Below, piece after piece: positions 1 to 8,311 of a DNA stretch of 33,493 nt. Location: IMG/VR virus record IMGVR_UViG_2579779076_000013. The stretch is one strand, 5' to 3'. The notes under the pieces are model-generated. The model saw nothing but the letters and a program-made list of their open reading frames with translations. It was not told the origin of the DNA and searched no databases. Both the position numbers and the translations under genes were made by a program. Positions within the stretch are counted from its first letter, which is position 1. Each line of letters starts with the position of its first letter. This DNA comes from a virus (lineage: Duplodnaviria; Heunggongvirae; Uroviricota; Caudoviricetes).

Positions 1-1032
1 TCAAAAAATTCCTATTGATGTTGGTAGTGTTGCCAGCGGATTAAACCGTAATGCAGTTTCCAGGTGATCCGGTGCCAGATGTGCGTAACGCATAGTCATT
101 TTTATGTCGTGATGTCCGAGGATTTTTTGCAAAGCAAGGATATTTCCACCCGACATCATGAAATGCGCCGCAAACGTATGGCGCAGAACGTGTGTCAGTT
201 GACCGCGAGGGAGCACGATAGACGTTTTTTCCATCACGGATAAAAATTGAAAATAGCAGTCTGTAAAGAAATTGAACCCATCAAGCGCCATGATCTCTTC
301 GTAAAGCTCTTTACTGATAGGGATGCTTCTGTTTTTCTTCCCCTTCGTTCTTACAAAGGTAATTCGGTATTTGGTCACTTGCGAGCGGGTAAGATTTATT
401 GCTTCTCGCCAGCGTGCGCCTGTGCTTAGGCATATCTTGACTACCAGTGCCAGAATTGGGTCCTGACGTTTGCAATCAGCCAGCAGTTCAACAATCTGCT
501 CATGGGTAAGCCATGCCATCTCTTTTTCTGCGATGGTGAATTTTCGCATGTTCTCCAGTGGGTTCGGATACGACCATTCGCCCAGGCGGGATAGTTCGCT
601 AAAAACACTACTTAGATAGCTTTGCTCCAGGTTAATGGTGACCGGGCTTGCTCCTTTCTTCCATTTCTCGCTGAAGTAGATCTCGCCTGTCAGGCGTTTA
701 TCTCGATAGTGGGCAAACATTTTAGAGGTGAGATCGGTTGCAAGAGGATTGCCCAGAGCGCCAACCATCAGCAGCAATTTGTCATAGACATGCTGCCCAG
801 CAGTCAGAGATTTACCATGTAGTTTGAACCATAGCTCAACCACGTCTTTCAGGGTTCGACGATCCACTGATTCGCCCAGCCATGGCTTTGATTCGGTTTC
901 TTCCATAGTGTGACGCTCAAAAGCCAGAGCTTCGCCTTTGGTGGCGAATTGTTTACACACACGACGCCCACTTCGTCCGGCGGGGTAACATTCGCAAAGC
1001 CATTTCCCTGTGGTGAGTTTTCGTACTGCCAT
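1..1032 (-). CDS. int: tyrosine integrase (P2 Int-like)
   Basis: ORF track 1..1188, but P2 Int-like sequence begins at the internal Met (MAVRKLTTGKW...), which has a GGAGG RBS 9 nt upstream on the minus strand. Tyrosine-recombinase motifs present: TGARWRE, HVLRHTFA, MRYAHL. Stop codon at window positions 1-3. Confidence 0.9.
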   Translation of the reverse strand: MAVRKLTTGKWLCECYPAGRSGRRVCKQFATKGEALAFERHTMEETESKPWLGESVDRRTLKDVVELWFKLHGKSLTAGQHVYDKLLLMVGALGNPLATDLTSKMFAHYRDKRLTGEIYFSEKWKKGASPVTINLEQSYLSSVFSELSRLGEWSYPNPLENMRKFTIAEKEMAWLTHEQIVELLADCKRQDPILALVVKICLSTGARWREAINLTRSQVTKYRITFVRTKGKKNRSIPISKELYEEIMALDGFNFFTDCYFQFLSVMEKTSIVLPRGQLTHVLRHTFAAHFMMSGGNILALQKILGHHDIKMTMRYAHLAPDHLETALRFNPLATLPTSIGIF

Positions 1033-1063
1033 AAAAAATGCCCTCCAGTAGAGAGCATTTTTA

Positions 1064-1079
1064 CTGTATGTATAACCAG
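1064..1079. promoter_or_regulatory. LexA-box-like palindrome upstream of int
   Basis: TACTGTATGTATAACCAGTG fits CTG-N10-CAG with an AT-rich centre; one deviation from CTGT-N8-ACAG (CCAG). Lies about 32-47 bp upstream of the int start codon. Confidence 0.35.
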
Positions 1080-1220
1080 TGTCAATGTATGAAATCCTAC
1101 GACCATACATCTCACTGAAGCCATAATGAAGTTGGCTATTCTTTTTGCTATGTGAGCATGTAACTTTTGCGGTTAACCTGCGGCTCATTTTTATTTTAGA
1201 CGCAGATATAAAAGCAAAAG

Positions 1221-1412
1221 TTATCGTGAGTTTTTAGTACAGATTTTTTTGGATTTACTAATAGTTCCATCATTGCAAACGAATTTGCCATCTGAGGTAC
1301 AGTGAGAAACACCTCCCTTTTTCCCTGAGCAGGGATAATTTCTAGCATAGGTAGTTAGTGGGTTTAATAACAAAGAACATGATAAAACCACAAAAAATAC
1401 CTTACCAAGCAT
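1221..1412 (-). CDS. small secreted cysteine-rich protein (63 aa), moron in the cI-int operon
   Basis: Strong GGGAGG RBS 5 nt upstream of ATG. N-terminal signal-peptide-like segment [23 protein letters not shown], then a Cys/Lys/Gly-rich mature part. Visibly AT-rich relative to neighbours. Confidence 0.55.
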   Translation of the reverse strand: MLGKVFFVVLSCSLLLNPLTTYARNYPCSGKKGGVSHCTSDGKFVCNDGTISKSKKICTKNSR

Positions 1413-1427
1413 AGTTTCCTCCCGGTA

Positions 1428-1997
1428 CTATTTAACATACTTGACTGTTAAACTTATAATTTTACCAATTATTTCAATGTCTTCTATCTTACATTCGAAG
1501 GCTCTGTTTCCACCCTCGACGAAGATTCTTCCACCGGGTAAACGAGTAATGTCACGGATCGTTATTTCGCCATCAATACTTATTACCCATTTACCATCAC
1601 GTATATCATCAAATTCCTTATCACAAATAAATTCAGAATTATTATCTGTGATTACAAAAAGATTCTTGAATGCCGACGGTAGAAATTCTCTATCGAAAAT
1701 ATAAAAACCGTCTTCACACAAAGCCCCATCAGATAATACATATTTAGCAACTTCCATAGTATTTGTATTACCTGAAGTTTGCTTTGAACCATGCCCGGTT
1801 GTGAGCCAATTAAGCGAAGTGCCTGTTTCAAGGGCGCACTGGATTACCCATTCTGCTGGGAATGAGTCACGCATGTAGCGTGTGGCGAGTGTACTTTTAG
1901 AGATTCCTAAATGATCGCACAACGCCTGTCGAGTCTTGAATCCATAAGCTTCTACCATGCGCTCTATAGCGCCTCGTCCGCCTTTCTCCAAATTCAT
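1428..1997 (-). CDS. cI: CI-type immunity repressor (N-terminal HTH), 186-like
   Basis: ORF track 1428..2003 begins at GTG; the ATG two codons in is more likely. HTH-like segment TRQALCDHLGISKSTLATRYMR. Divergent from the apl/cII operon, the classic switch arrangement. Confidence 0.75.
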   Translation of the reverse strand: MNLEKGGRGAIERMVEAYGFKTRQALCDHLGISKSTLATRYMRDSFPAEWVIQCALETGTSLNWLTTGHGSKQTSGNTNTMEVAKYVLSDGALCEDGFYIFDREFLPSAFKNLFVITDNNSEFICDKEFDDIRDGKWVISIDGEITIRDITRLPGGRIFVEGGNRAFECKIEDIEIIGKIISLTVKYVK

Positions 1998-2021
1998 GGT
2001 CACTCCAAGTGAACTTTTGTC

Positions 2022-2050
2022 TTGACGATTTCACTGTGCGATCGTATGTT
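2022..2050 (+). promoter_or_regulatory. candidate early lytic promoter (pR-like)
   Basis: TTGACG - 17 nt - TATGTT in the cI/apl divergent intergenic region, oriented toward apl/cII. Confidence 0.45.
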
Positions 2051-2122
2051 TATGGTGTTCACAAAATACAAACGATCCGTATTCGTCCTGATTAATCATC
2101 ATTAAACGAGGAATGTTGCATC

Positions 2123-2344
2123 ATGAGACCTAACATTTCAATCACTCTTACCACGCCTCATGTGACTATTGAACGCTATAGCGAGCTGACAGGGCTGTCC
2201 ATCGATACTATCAATGACATGTTGGCTGATGGACGCCTTATCCGTCACCGTTTGCGCAAAGATAAAAAACGCGAAAAAGTGATGATCAACATAGCAGCCA
2301 TGACCGTTGATGCGCTTTCAGAATGCAATCTAAACCTTAATTAG
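2123..2344 (+). CDS. Apl/Cox-like small excisionase/regulator
   Basis: 73-aa ORF that is first in the rightward early operon opposite cI. Small basic protein (RHRLRKDKKREK) at the position of P2 cox / 186 apl. Confidence 0.55.
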   Translation: MRPNISITLTTPHVTIERYSELTGLSIDTINDMLADGRLIRHRLRKDKKREKVMINIAAMTVDALSECNLNLN

Positions 2345-2376
2345 TTCGATTCTGAAATACATCAGAGGCATTGACT

Positions 2377-2886
2377 ATGTTTGATTACCAAGTTTCCAAA
2401 CATCCACATTTTGATGAAGCCTGTCGTGCATTCGCACTGCGCCACAACCTGGTGCAACTGGCAGAACGTGCAGGCATGAATGTGCAGATTCTGCGGAACA
2501 AGCTGAACCCAGCTCAACCTCATTTATTAACCGCACCAGAAATCTGGTTGCTTACCGATCTGACTGAAGATTCAACGCTAGTAGATGGTTTTCTGGCTCA
2601 GATTCACTGCCTGCCATGTGTACCGATTAATGAGGTGGCAAAAGAGAAACTGCCACATTACGTCATGAGTGCAACCGCAGAGATCGGGCGTGTTGCTGCA
2701 GGTGCGGTATCTGGCGATGTAAAAACCAGTGCAGGCCGTCGTGATGCTATCAGCAGCATTAACTCTGTAACACGACTGATGGCGTTGGCTGCTGTTTCAT
2801 TGCAGGCCCGTTTACAGGCTAACCCTGCGATGGCGAGTGCAGTTGATACCGTGACTGGCCTCGGTGCTTCATTTGGTTTGCTGTGA
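2377..2886 (+). CDS. CII-like early regulator
   Basis: ORF track 2371 starts at TTG; ATG at 2377 has an AGAGG RBS 8 nt upstream. N-terminus [24 protein letters not shown] resembles 186-type CII as I recall it. Confidence 0.5.
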   Translation: MFDYQVSKHPHFDEACRAFALRHNLVQLAERAGMNVQILRNKLNPAQPHLLTAPEIWLLTDLTEDSTLVDGFLAQIHCLPCVPINEVAKEKLPHYVMSATAEIGRVAAGAVSGDVKTSAGRRDAISSINSVTRLMALAAVSLQARLQANPAMASAVDTVTGLGASFGLL

Positions 2887-2893
2887 GGTACTT

Positions 2894-3190
2894 ATGCTGA
2901 CGAAAGAACCATCATTTGCATCGCTGCTGGTAAAGCAAAGCCCGGCAATGCACTACGGTCACGGCTGGATCATGGGTGAGGATGGAAAACGCTGGCATCC
3001 ATGTCATTCACAAGATGAATTGCTGTCTGAATTGACCACGAGGAAACGGAGAAAGTCAAAATGTATGCAGCGGAAAGTGAAGTGGTTTATCAGTTTCGTT
3101 ACAGAGGGGAGAGTTATTCAGTACCTGAAGATGATTTGCTCTGTTGTTATCCGTCGTTGTCGGGCGATGGCAGTTACTTTTTCACGCTAA
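2894..3190 (+). CDS. hypothetical early protein (overlaps next ORF in another frame)
   Basis: ATG at 2894 with GAGG RBS. The second half is low-complexity and basic, and the ORF overlaps 3061..3285. Confidence 0.3.
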   Translation: MLTKEPSFASLLVKQSPAMHYGHGWIMGEDGKRWHPCHSQDELLSELTTRKRRKSKCMQRKVKWFISFVTEGRVIQYLKMICSVVIRRCRAMAVTFSR

Positions 3191-3285
3191 AAGATGGGAC
3201 GTTTTTACGGGGAGAGCAGGTTAAAGAGACGATACGAAAAAATGTATCTCCTCTTGAACGTTACCGTAATAACAAACAACGATAG
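3061..3285 (+). CDS. hypothetical early protein (74 aa)
   Basis: GGAG RBS before the ATG; protein-like composition. Confidence 0.45.
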   Translation: MYAAESEVVYQFRYRGESYSVPEDDLLCCYPSLSGDGSYFFTLKDGTFLRGEQVKETIRKNVSPLERYRNNKQR

Positions 3286-3307
3286 TTGCGTTTTGGGGAT
3301 ATGAATT

Positions 3308-3649
3308 ATGGCAATTAATGGCGCTGCGGCGACTGTTCCATTAAGCCCCGGTGAACGCCTGAATGGACTTAATCACATTGCGGAGCTAAGGGCGAAAGTT
3401 TTTGGCCTGAATATTGAGTCAGAGCTTGAGCGGTTTATTAAAGATATGCGTGATCCACGGGATATCAATAATGAACAAAATAAACGGGCACTGGCTGCCA
3501 TATTCTTTATGGCAAAAATTCCAGCTGAACGTCATAGCATCAGCATTAATGAGCTGACCACTGACGAAAAGCGGGAGCTGATTAAAGCAATGAATCATTT
3601 TCGTGCAGTGGTGAGCTTATTTCCCAGACGGCTAACCATGCCGAATTAA
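3308..3649 (+). CDS. hypothetical early protein (113 aa)
   Basis: ORF with GGGGA RBS 9 nt upstream; sits in the early operon. Confidence 0.5.
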   Translation: MAINGAAATVPLSPGERLNGLNHIAELRAKVFGLNIESELERFIKDMRDPRDINNEQNKRALAAIFFMAKIPAERHSISINELTTDEKRELIKAMNHFRAVVSLFPRRLTMPN

Positions 3650-3716
3650 CCAACTAATGAAATTAATGGCGTAAACCCGCCGGGCATCCCTTTATCTAAA
3701 TTCAGGAGAATTGATT

Positions 3717-3950
3717 ATGCGTAATATTGAAACCCTCACGACTAAAACCGGACCGGATGACGCAGGGCTTAATATTTTACTGACAGAGGCTCGTCTGGAA
3801 GAACGCCGGGCAAGGGCTGAAGCAATGGCAGCTCGCCTTGATAGCCTGGCGTGTCATATCTCATCCCGTCAGCTAAACCACGTCGAAGCGGCAGAACTGC
3901 TGCGTGTGACTGCTGAAGCAATCCAGAACGAAGCGCAGGAGATCCACTAA
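3717..3950 (+). CDS. hypothetical early protein
   Basis: ORF track start 3711 is TTG; ATG at 3717 has an AGGAG RBS 8 nt upstream. Stop overlaps the next start (TAATG). Confidence 0.5.
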   Translation: MRNIETLTTKTGPDDAGLNILLTEARLEERRARAEAMAARLDSLACHISSRQLNHVEAAELLRVTAEAIQNEAQEIH

Positions 3951-4177
3951 TGGCTGATGCAATGGATCTCGTACAGCAGCGCGTTGAAGAAGAACGCCAG
4001 CGCCATATCCGTGCTGCCCGTGCCAAAACGCCGGGCGTGTCCCGCGTGCTTTGCGTTGAGTGTGAAGCGCCAATTCCGCCAGCACGCCGCCGTGCCATTC
4101 CGGGTGTGCAGCTTTGCATTACCTGTCAGGAAATCGCAGAGCTGAAAGGCAAACATTACAACGGAGGTGCTGTATGA
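3950..4177 (+). CDS. TraR/DksA-family C4 zinc-finger protein
   Basis: CVECEAPIPPARRRAIPGVQLCITCQ = C-x2-C-x17-C-x2-C; 75 aa; translationally coupled to neighbours. Confidence 0.7.
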   Translation: MADAMDLVQQRVEEERQRHIRAARAKTPGVSRVLCVECEAPIPPARRRAIPGVQLCITCQEIAELKGKHYNGGAV

Positions 4178-5031
4178 GCACCATCCTGAAATGGGCGGGT
4201 AATAAAACCGCCATTATGCCAGAACTGAAAAAATACCTTCCTGCTGGCCCGCGACTGGTTGAACCTTTCGCGGGTTCTTGTGCTGTGATGATAGAGACGG
4301 ATTACCCCAGCTATCTTGTTGCGGATATTAATCCTGATTTAATCAACCTCTATAAAAAGGTTGCTGCTGATTGCGAGGCGTTTATATCTCGTGCCAGAGC
4401 TTTATTTGAGGAAGCAAACAGGGAGGTGGCTTATTACAACATAAGGCAGGAGTTTAATTACTCCACTGAAATTACTGATTTCATGAAAGCGGTATATTTC
4501 CTGTATCTCAATCGTCATGGTTACCGTGGGTTATGTCGCTATAACAAGAGCGGGCATTTCAACATTCCCTATGGGAATTATAAAAATCCGTATTTCCCTG
4601 AAAAAGAAATTCGCAAATTTGCAGAAAAAGCCCAGCGAGCAACGTTTATCTGCGCCAGCTTTGATGAAACGCTGGCGATGTTGAAGGCGGGGGATGTGGT
4701 GTATTGCGATCCGCCTTATTACGGTACGTTTTCCGGCTATCACACTGATGGCTTCACTGAGGATGACCAGTATCACCTGGCATCCGTTCTTGAACATCGA
4801 TCATCTGAAGGTCATCCGGTCATTGTTTCTAACAGTGACACATCCCTGATTCGTTCGCTGTATCGCAATTTCACTCACCACTACATCAAGGCAAAACGCA
4901 GCATCGGCGTGTCGGCTGGCGAGAGTAAATCTGCAACAGAAATCATTGCTGTTTCCGGGGCGCGCTGCTGGGTGGGATTTGATCCTTCGCGTGGCGTAGA
5001 TAGTTCTGCTGTGTACGAGGTGCGTGTATGA
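4174..5031 (+). CDS. dam: DNA adenine (N6) methyltransferase, Dam-like
   Basis: ATG at 4174 (GGAGG RBS) overlaps the upstream stop. Motif I FAGSCAV and motif IV DPPY ([12 protein letters not shown]). N-terminus [11 protein letters not shown] is typical of Dam. Confidence 0.85.
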   Translation: MSTILKWAGNKTAIMPELKKYLPAGPRLVEPFAGSCAVMIETDYPSYLVADINPDLINLYKKVAADCEAFISRARALFEEANREVAYYNIRQEFNYSTEITDFMKAVYFLYLNRHGYRGLCRYNKSGHFNIPYGNYKNPYFPEKEIRKFAEKAQRATFICASFDETLAMLKAGDVVYCDPPYYGTFSGYHTDGFTEDDQYHLASVLEHRSSEGHPVIVSNSDTSLIRSLYRNFTHHYIKAKRSIGVSAGESKSATEIIAVSGARCWVGFDPSRGVDSSAVYEVRV

Positions 5032-7442
5032 GTCATGACGATATGAGCAACTCTAGCGGCTTTAACGAGGCCGCCGCATCATTTTCATGGAACGGCCCGA
5101 AAAAGGCCATTAACCCTTATCTGGACCCGGCGGAAGTTGCGCCGGAGTCTGCACTTTCAAACCTGATCACTCTGTATGCTGCCGATAACGAGCAGGAACA
5201 ACTGCGCCGCGAGGCACTGAGTGAGCAGGTCTGGGAGCGTTATTTCTTTAATGAATCCCGTGATCCTGTCCAGCGCGAAATGGAGCAGGATAAGCTCATT
5301 AGCCGGGCAAAGCTGGCGCATGAGCAGCAGCGTTTTAATCCAGACATGGTCATTCTGGCTGACGTCAACGCCCAGCCTTCCCATATCAGCAAGCCGCTGA
5401 TGCAACGTATTGAATACTTCAGCAGCCTGGGCAGGCCAAAGGCTTATTCCCGCTATTTGCGTGAGACGATTAAGCCATGTCTGGAACGGCTGGAGCATAT
5501 ACGCGACAGTCAGCTATCCACTTCTTTTCGCTTTATGGCGAGCCATGAAGGGCTGGACGGCCTGCTGATCCTGCCTGAAATGAGTCAGGATCAGGTGAAA
5601 CGCCTGTCCACCCTGGTAGCTGCGCATATGAGCATGTGCCTTGATGCAGCTTGTGGCGATTTGTATGCCACCGATGACGTTAAGCCAGAAGAAATCCGCA
5701 AGACATGGGAAAGGGTGGCAGCAGAAACCCTGCGACTGGATGTCATCCCACCTGCGTTTGAGCAACTCCGCCGGAAAAGAAACCGCCGTAAACCCGTGCC
5801 CTATGAACTCATTCCGGGTTCGCTAGCGCGTATGTTGTGCGCCGACTGGTGGTACCGGAAATTATGGAAGATGCGTTGCGAATGGCGGGAAGAGCAGTTG
5901 CGCGCTGTCTGCCTGGTCAGCAAAAAAGCATCTCCCTATGTCAGCTATGAAGCCGTGATGCATAAACGTGAGCAGCGCCGTAAGTCGCTGGAGTTTTTTC
6001 GTTCTCATGAACTGGTGAACGAAGACGGCGACACGCTGGATATGGAAGACGTGGTAAACGCCAGCAGCAGCAACCCTGCACATCGCCGCAATGAGATGAT
6101 GGCCTGTGTTAAAGGTCTGGAGCTTATCGCGGAAATGCGCGGTGACTGCGCCGTTTTCTACACCATCACCTGTCCGTCACGTTTCCATTCCACGCTCAAT
6201 AACGGCAGACCAAACCCAACCTGGACAAATGCGACGGTAAGACAAAGCAGCGATTATCTGGTCGGCATGTTTGCTGCATTTCGTAAGGCGATGCACAAAG
6301 CCGGGTTGCGCTGGTATGGCGTGCGGGTGGCTGAGCCGCATCATGACGGTACGGTTCACTGGCACCTGTTGTGTTTCATGCGCAAAAAAGACCGCCGTGC
6401 CATTACTGCATTGTTGTGTAAGTTTGCCATCCGTGAAGACCGCGAGGAACTGGGTAATAACACTGGTCCACGCTTTAAATCTGAGCTGATAAACCCGCGC
6501 AAAGGAACACCGACAAGCTACATCGCGAAATACATTAGTAAGAACATTGACGGGCGTGGTCTGGCTGGCGAGATCAGCAAGGAAACGGGTAAATCCCTGC
6601 GTGATAACGCTGAATACGTTAATGCCTGGGCGTCTCTGCATCGTGTTCAGCAATTCCGCTTCTTTGGTATTCCGGGGCGTCAGGCTTACCGTGAACTGCG
6701 ATTGCTGGCTGGTCAGGCGGCAAGGCAACAGGGTGACAAAAAAGCAGGTGCGCCGGTACTGGATAACCCGCGCCTTGATGCCATCCTGGCTGCTGCTGAT
6801 GCTGGTTGTTTTGCCACTTACATCATGAAGCAGGGTGGCGTACTGGTTCCCCGCAAATATCACCTCATCAGAACTGCTTATGAAATTAACGAAGAGCCGA
6901 CCGCCTATGGCGATCACGGCATTCGTATTTATGGCATCTGGTCACCCATTGCAGAGGGCAAGATCTGCACTCATGCAGTGAAGTGGAAAATGGTTCGTAA
7001 AGCCGTTGACGTTCAGGAGGCGGTAGCCGACCAGGGCGCTTGCGCCCCTTGGACTCGTGGCAATAACTGTCCCCTTGCTGAAAATTTGAACCAACAGGAG
7101 AAAGATAAATCAGCTGATGGGGACCCCAGAACGGACATTACCAGCATGGATGACAAGGAGTTGCACGATTACCTGCACAGTATGAGCAAAAAAGAGCGCC
7201 GGGAACTGGCAGCAAGGTTACGCCTGGTGAAACCGAAACGGCGTAAAGACTACAAACAGCGAATTACAGACCATCAGCGACTGCAGCTCGTGTATGAGCT
7301 GAAGTCCAGAGGATTTGATGGCAGCGAGAAAGAGGTCGATTTACTCCTTCGCGGAGGCAGTATTCCGTCAGGAGCAGGCCTGCGTATCTTCTATCGGAAC
7401 CAGCGTTTGCAGGAAGATGATCAGTGGCGGAACCTGTATTAA
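5028..7442 (+). CDS. A: replication initiation endonuclease gpA (HUH rolling-circle initiator)
   Basis: 804-aa ORF coupled to dam (ATGA overlap). HUH-type motif VHWHLLCF. Size and position match P2/186 gene A. Confidence 0.9.
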   Translation: MSHDDMSNSSGFNEAAASFSWNGPKKAINPYLDPAEVAPESALSNLITLYAADNEQEQLRREALSEQVWERYFFNESRDPVQREMEQDKLISRAKLAHEQQRFNPDMVILADVNAQPSHISKPLMQRIEYFSSLGRPKAYSRYLRETIKPCLERLEHIRDSQLSTSFRFMASHEGLDGLLILPEMSQDQVKRLSTLVAAHMSMCLDAACGDLYATDDVKPEEIRKTWERVAAETLRLDVIPPAFEQLRRKRNRRKPVPYELIPGSLARMLCADWWYRKLWKMRCEWREEQLRAVCLVSKKASPYVSYEAVMHKREQRRKSLEFFRSHELVNEDGDTLDMEDVVNASSSNPAHRRNEMMACVKGLELIAEMRGDCAVFYTITCPSRFHSTLNNGRPNPTWTNATVRQSSDYLVGMFAAFRKAMHKAGLRWYGVRVAEPHHDGTVHWHLLCFMRKKDRRAITALLCKFAIREDREELGNNTGPRFKSELINPRKGTPTSYIAKYISKNIDGRGLAGEISKETGKSLRDNAEYVNAWASLHRVQQFRFFGIPGRQAYRELRLLAGQAARQQGDKKAGAPVLDNPRLDAILAAADAGCFATYIMKQGGVLVPRKYHLIRTAYEINEEPTAYGDHGIRIYGIWSPIAEGKICTHAVKWKMVRKAVDVQEAVADQGACAPWTRGNNCPLAENLNQQEKDKSADGDPRTDITSMDDKELHDYLHSMSKKERRELAARLRLVKPKRRKDYKQRITDHQRLQLVYELKSRGFDGSEKEVDLLLRGGSIPSGAGLRIFYRNQRLQEDDQWRNLY

Positions 7443-7536
7443 TTACGCGGGTTAACAATTCGTGCTCTTAATAATACCAGGCATATCAGGCTGATGAACG
7501 TAAAAAAACGTTTTACATCAGTAAGATTATTATATA

Positions 7537-7552
7537 CTGTAAATATAAACAG
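7537..7552. promoter_or_regulatory. LexA box (SOS operator) overlapping the promoter of the downstream two-gene operon
   Basis: TACTGTAAATATAAACAGTG is a perfect CTGT-N8-ACAG with an AT-rich centre. An upstream TTTACA -35-like element is present. Confidence 0.7.
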
Positions 7553-7595
7553 TGGTTATACATACAGTATTGCGTGTGGTGTCATAGGAGGAAAG

Positions 7596-7784
7596 ATGCA
7601 GGACTATTTTTTGGAGTCTTTGAAGCTCCAGCGCATTGATTTTTTTCTTAAGCTTGTAGCGGCTAGTGAGTGTAGTGATGAAGAGAAGGGGCTGGCTCTG
7701 CAGTGGGTTTCTGAATTGACTGATGAACTCATGGCAAAAATCAGAACCCACGAATACAACCGCTCAATGGATGTCATCAGCTGA
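7596..7784 (+). CDS. small SOS-controlled protein, candidate Tum-like antirepressor (62 aa)
   Basis: AGGAGG RBS 4-9 nt upstream of ATG 7596 and immediately downstream of the LexA box. The longer track ORF (7494) would contain the operator and RBS, so the shorter start is preferred. Confidence 0.45.
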   Translation: MQDYFLESLKLQRIDFFLKLVAASECSDEEKGLALQWVSELTDELMAKIRTHEYNRSMDVIS

Positions 7785-7794
7785 GGTGACTTTT

Positions 7795-8028
7795 ATGCGC
7801 ATTGAAATAATGATCGATAAAGAGCAGAAGATTAGCCAGTCTACCCTAGACGCCCTTGAATCCGAGCTTTACCGCAATCTGCGCCCCCTGTATCCCAAAA
7901 CGGTAATTCGCATTCGCAAAGGTAGCTCTAACGGTGTGGAACTAACCGGACTGCAACTGGACGAAGAAAGAAAACAAGTGATGAAAATTATGCAGAAGGT
8001 GTGGGAAGACGACAGCTGGCTGCATTAA
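7795..8028 (+). CDS. DinI-family protein
   Basis: MRIEIMIDK...LDALESEL...QKVWEDDSWLH parallels E. coli DinI (MRIEVTIAK...IDALAGEL...QETWESADDWF). 77 aa; GAGGTGA RBS. Confidence 0.7.
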   Translation: MRIEIMIDKEQKISQSTLDALESELYRNLRPLYPKTVIRIRKGSSNGVELTGLQLDEERKQVMKIMQKVWEDDSWLH

Positions 8029-8163
8029 GAAACGTTGCTGGCGTCTGAACTTGCTTCTGGCGTCAGCAAGGTTGAACAACGAGCCCTTGCGAGGCGTTAG
8101 CTCTGTAGTGCATGTCTATGCCGCATGAGATCGCATGATCGTTTGAGGATCGTTTTTGCTAAG

Positions 8164-8187
8164 GCCCGCCAGAACTGGCGGGCTTTT
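8164..8187 (+). terminator. rho-independent terminator after the SOS operon
   Basis: GCCCGCCAG-aa-CTGGCGGGC stem followed by TTTT. Confidence 0.6.
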
Positions 8188-8232
8188 GCGTAGATCATGC
8201 AGGTGCATGAAAACCACTACATAAAGCGGGCA

Positions 8233-8251
8233 GGCGTGGCGGGGATACGAT
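8233..8251. other. candidate cos (cohesive end) sequence
   Basis: GGCGTGGCGGGGATACGAT resembles the 19-nt cohesive ends of P2/186 as I remember them (GGCG[A/T]GGCGGGGAAAGCA[C/T]). Lies between gene A and the portal gene as expected. Confidence 0.4.
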
Positions 8252-8311
8252 TGCGCACTGTCGTGGTTAGAGATAAGCTATCAATAAATATGCTACTGTA
8301 TAGAGGAAAAT

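Noticed and set aside
1033-1188. N-terminal extension of the integrase ORF (395-aa form)
   Set aside because: Similarity to P2-type Int begins at the internal Met with a GGAGG RBS; the extension would read through the LexA-like box and the promoter region.
6177-6917. 246-aa minus-strand ORF inside replication gene A
   Set aside because: Antisense to a conserved HUH initiator gene, so a shadow ORF.
7494-7595. Longer 96-aa form of the SOS-controlled small ORF
   Set aside because: It would contain the LexA operator and the AGGAGG RBS within its coding sequence; the start at 7596 is better supported.
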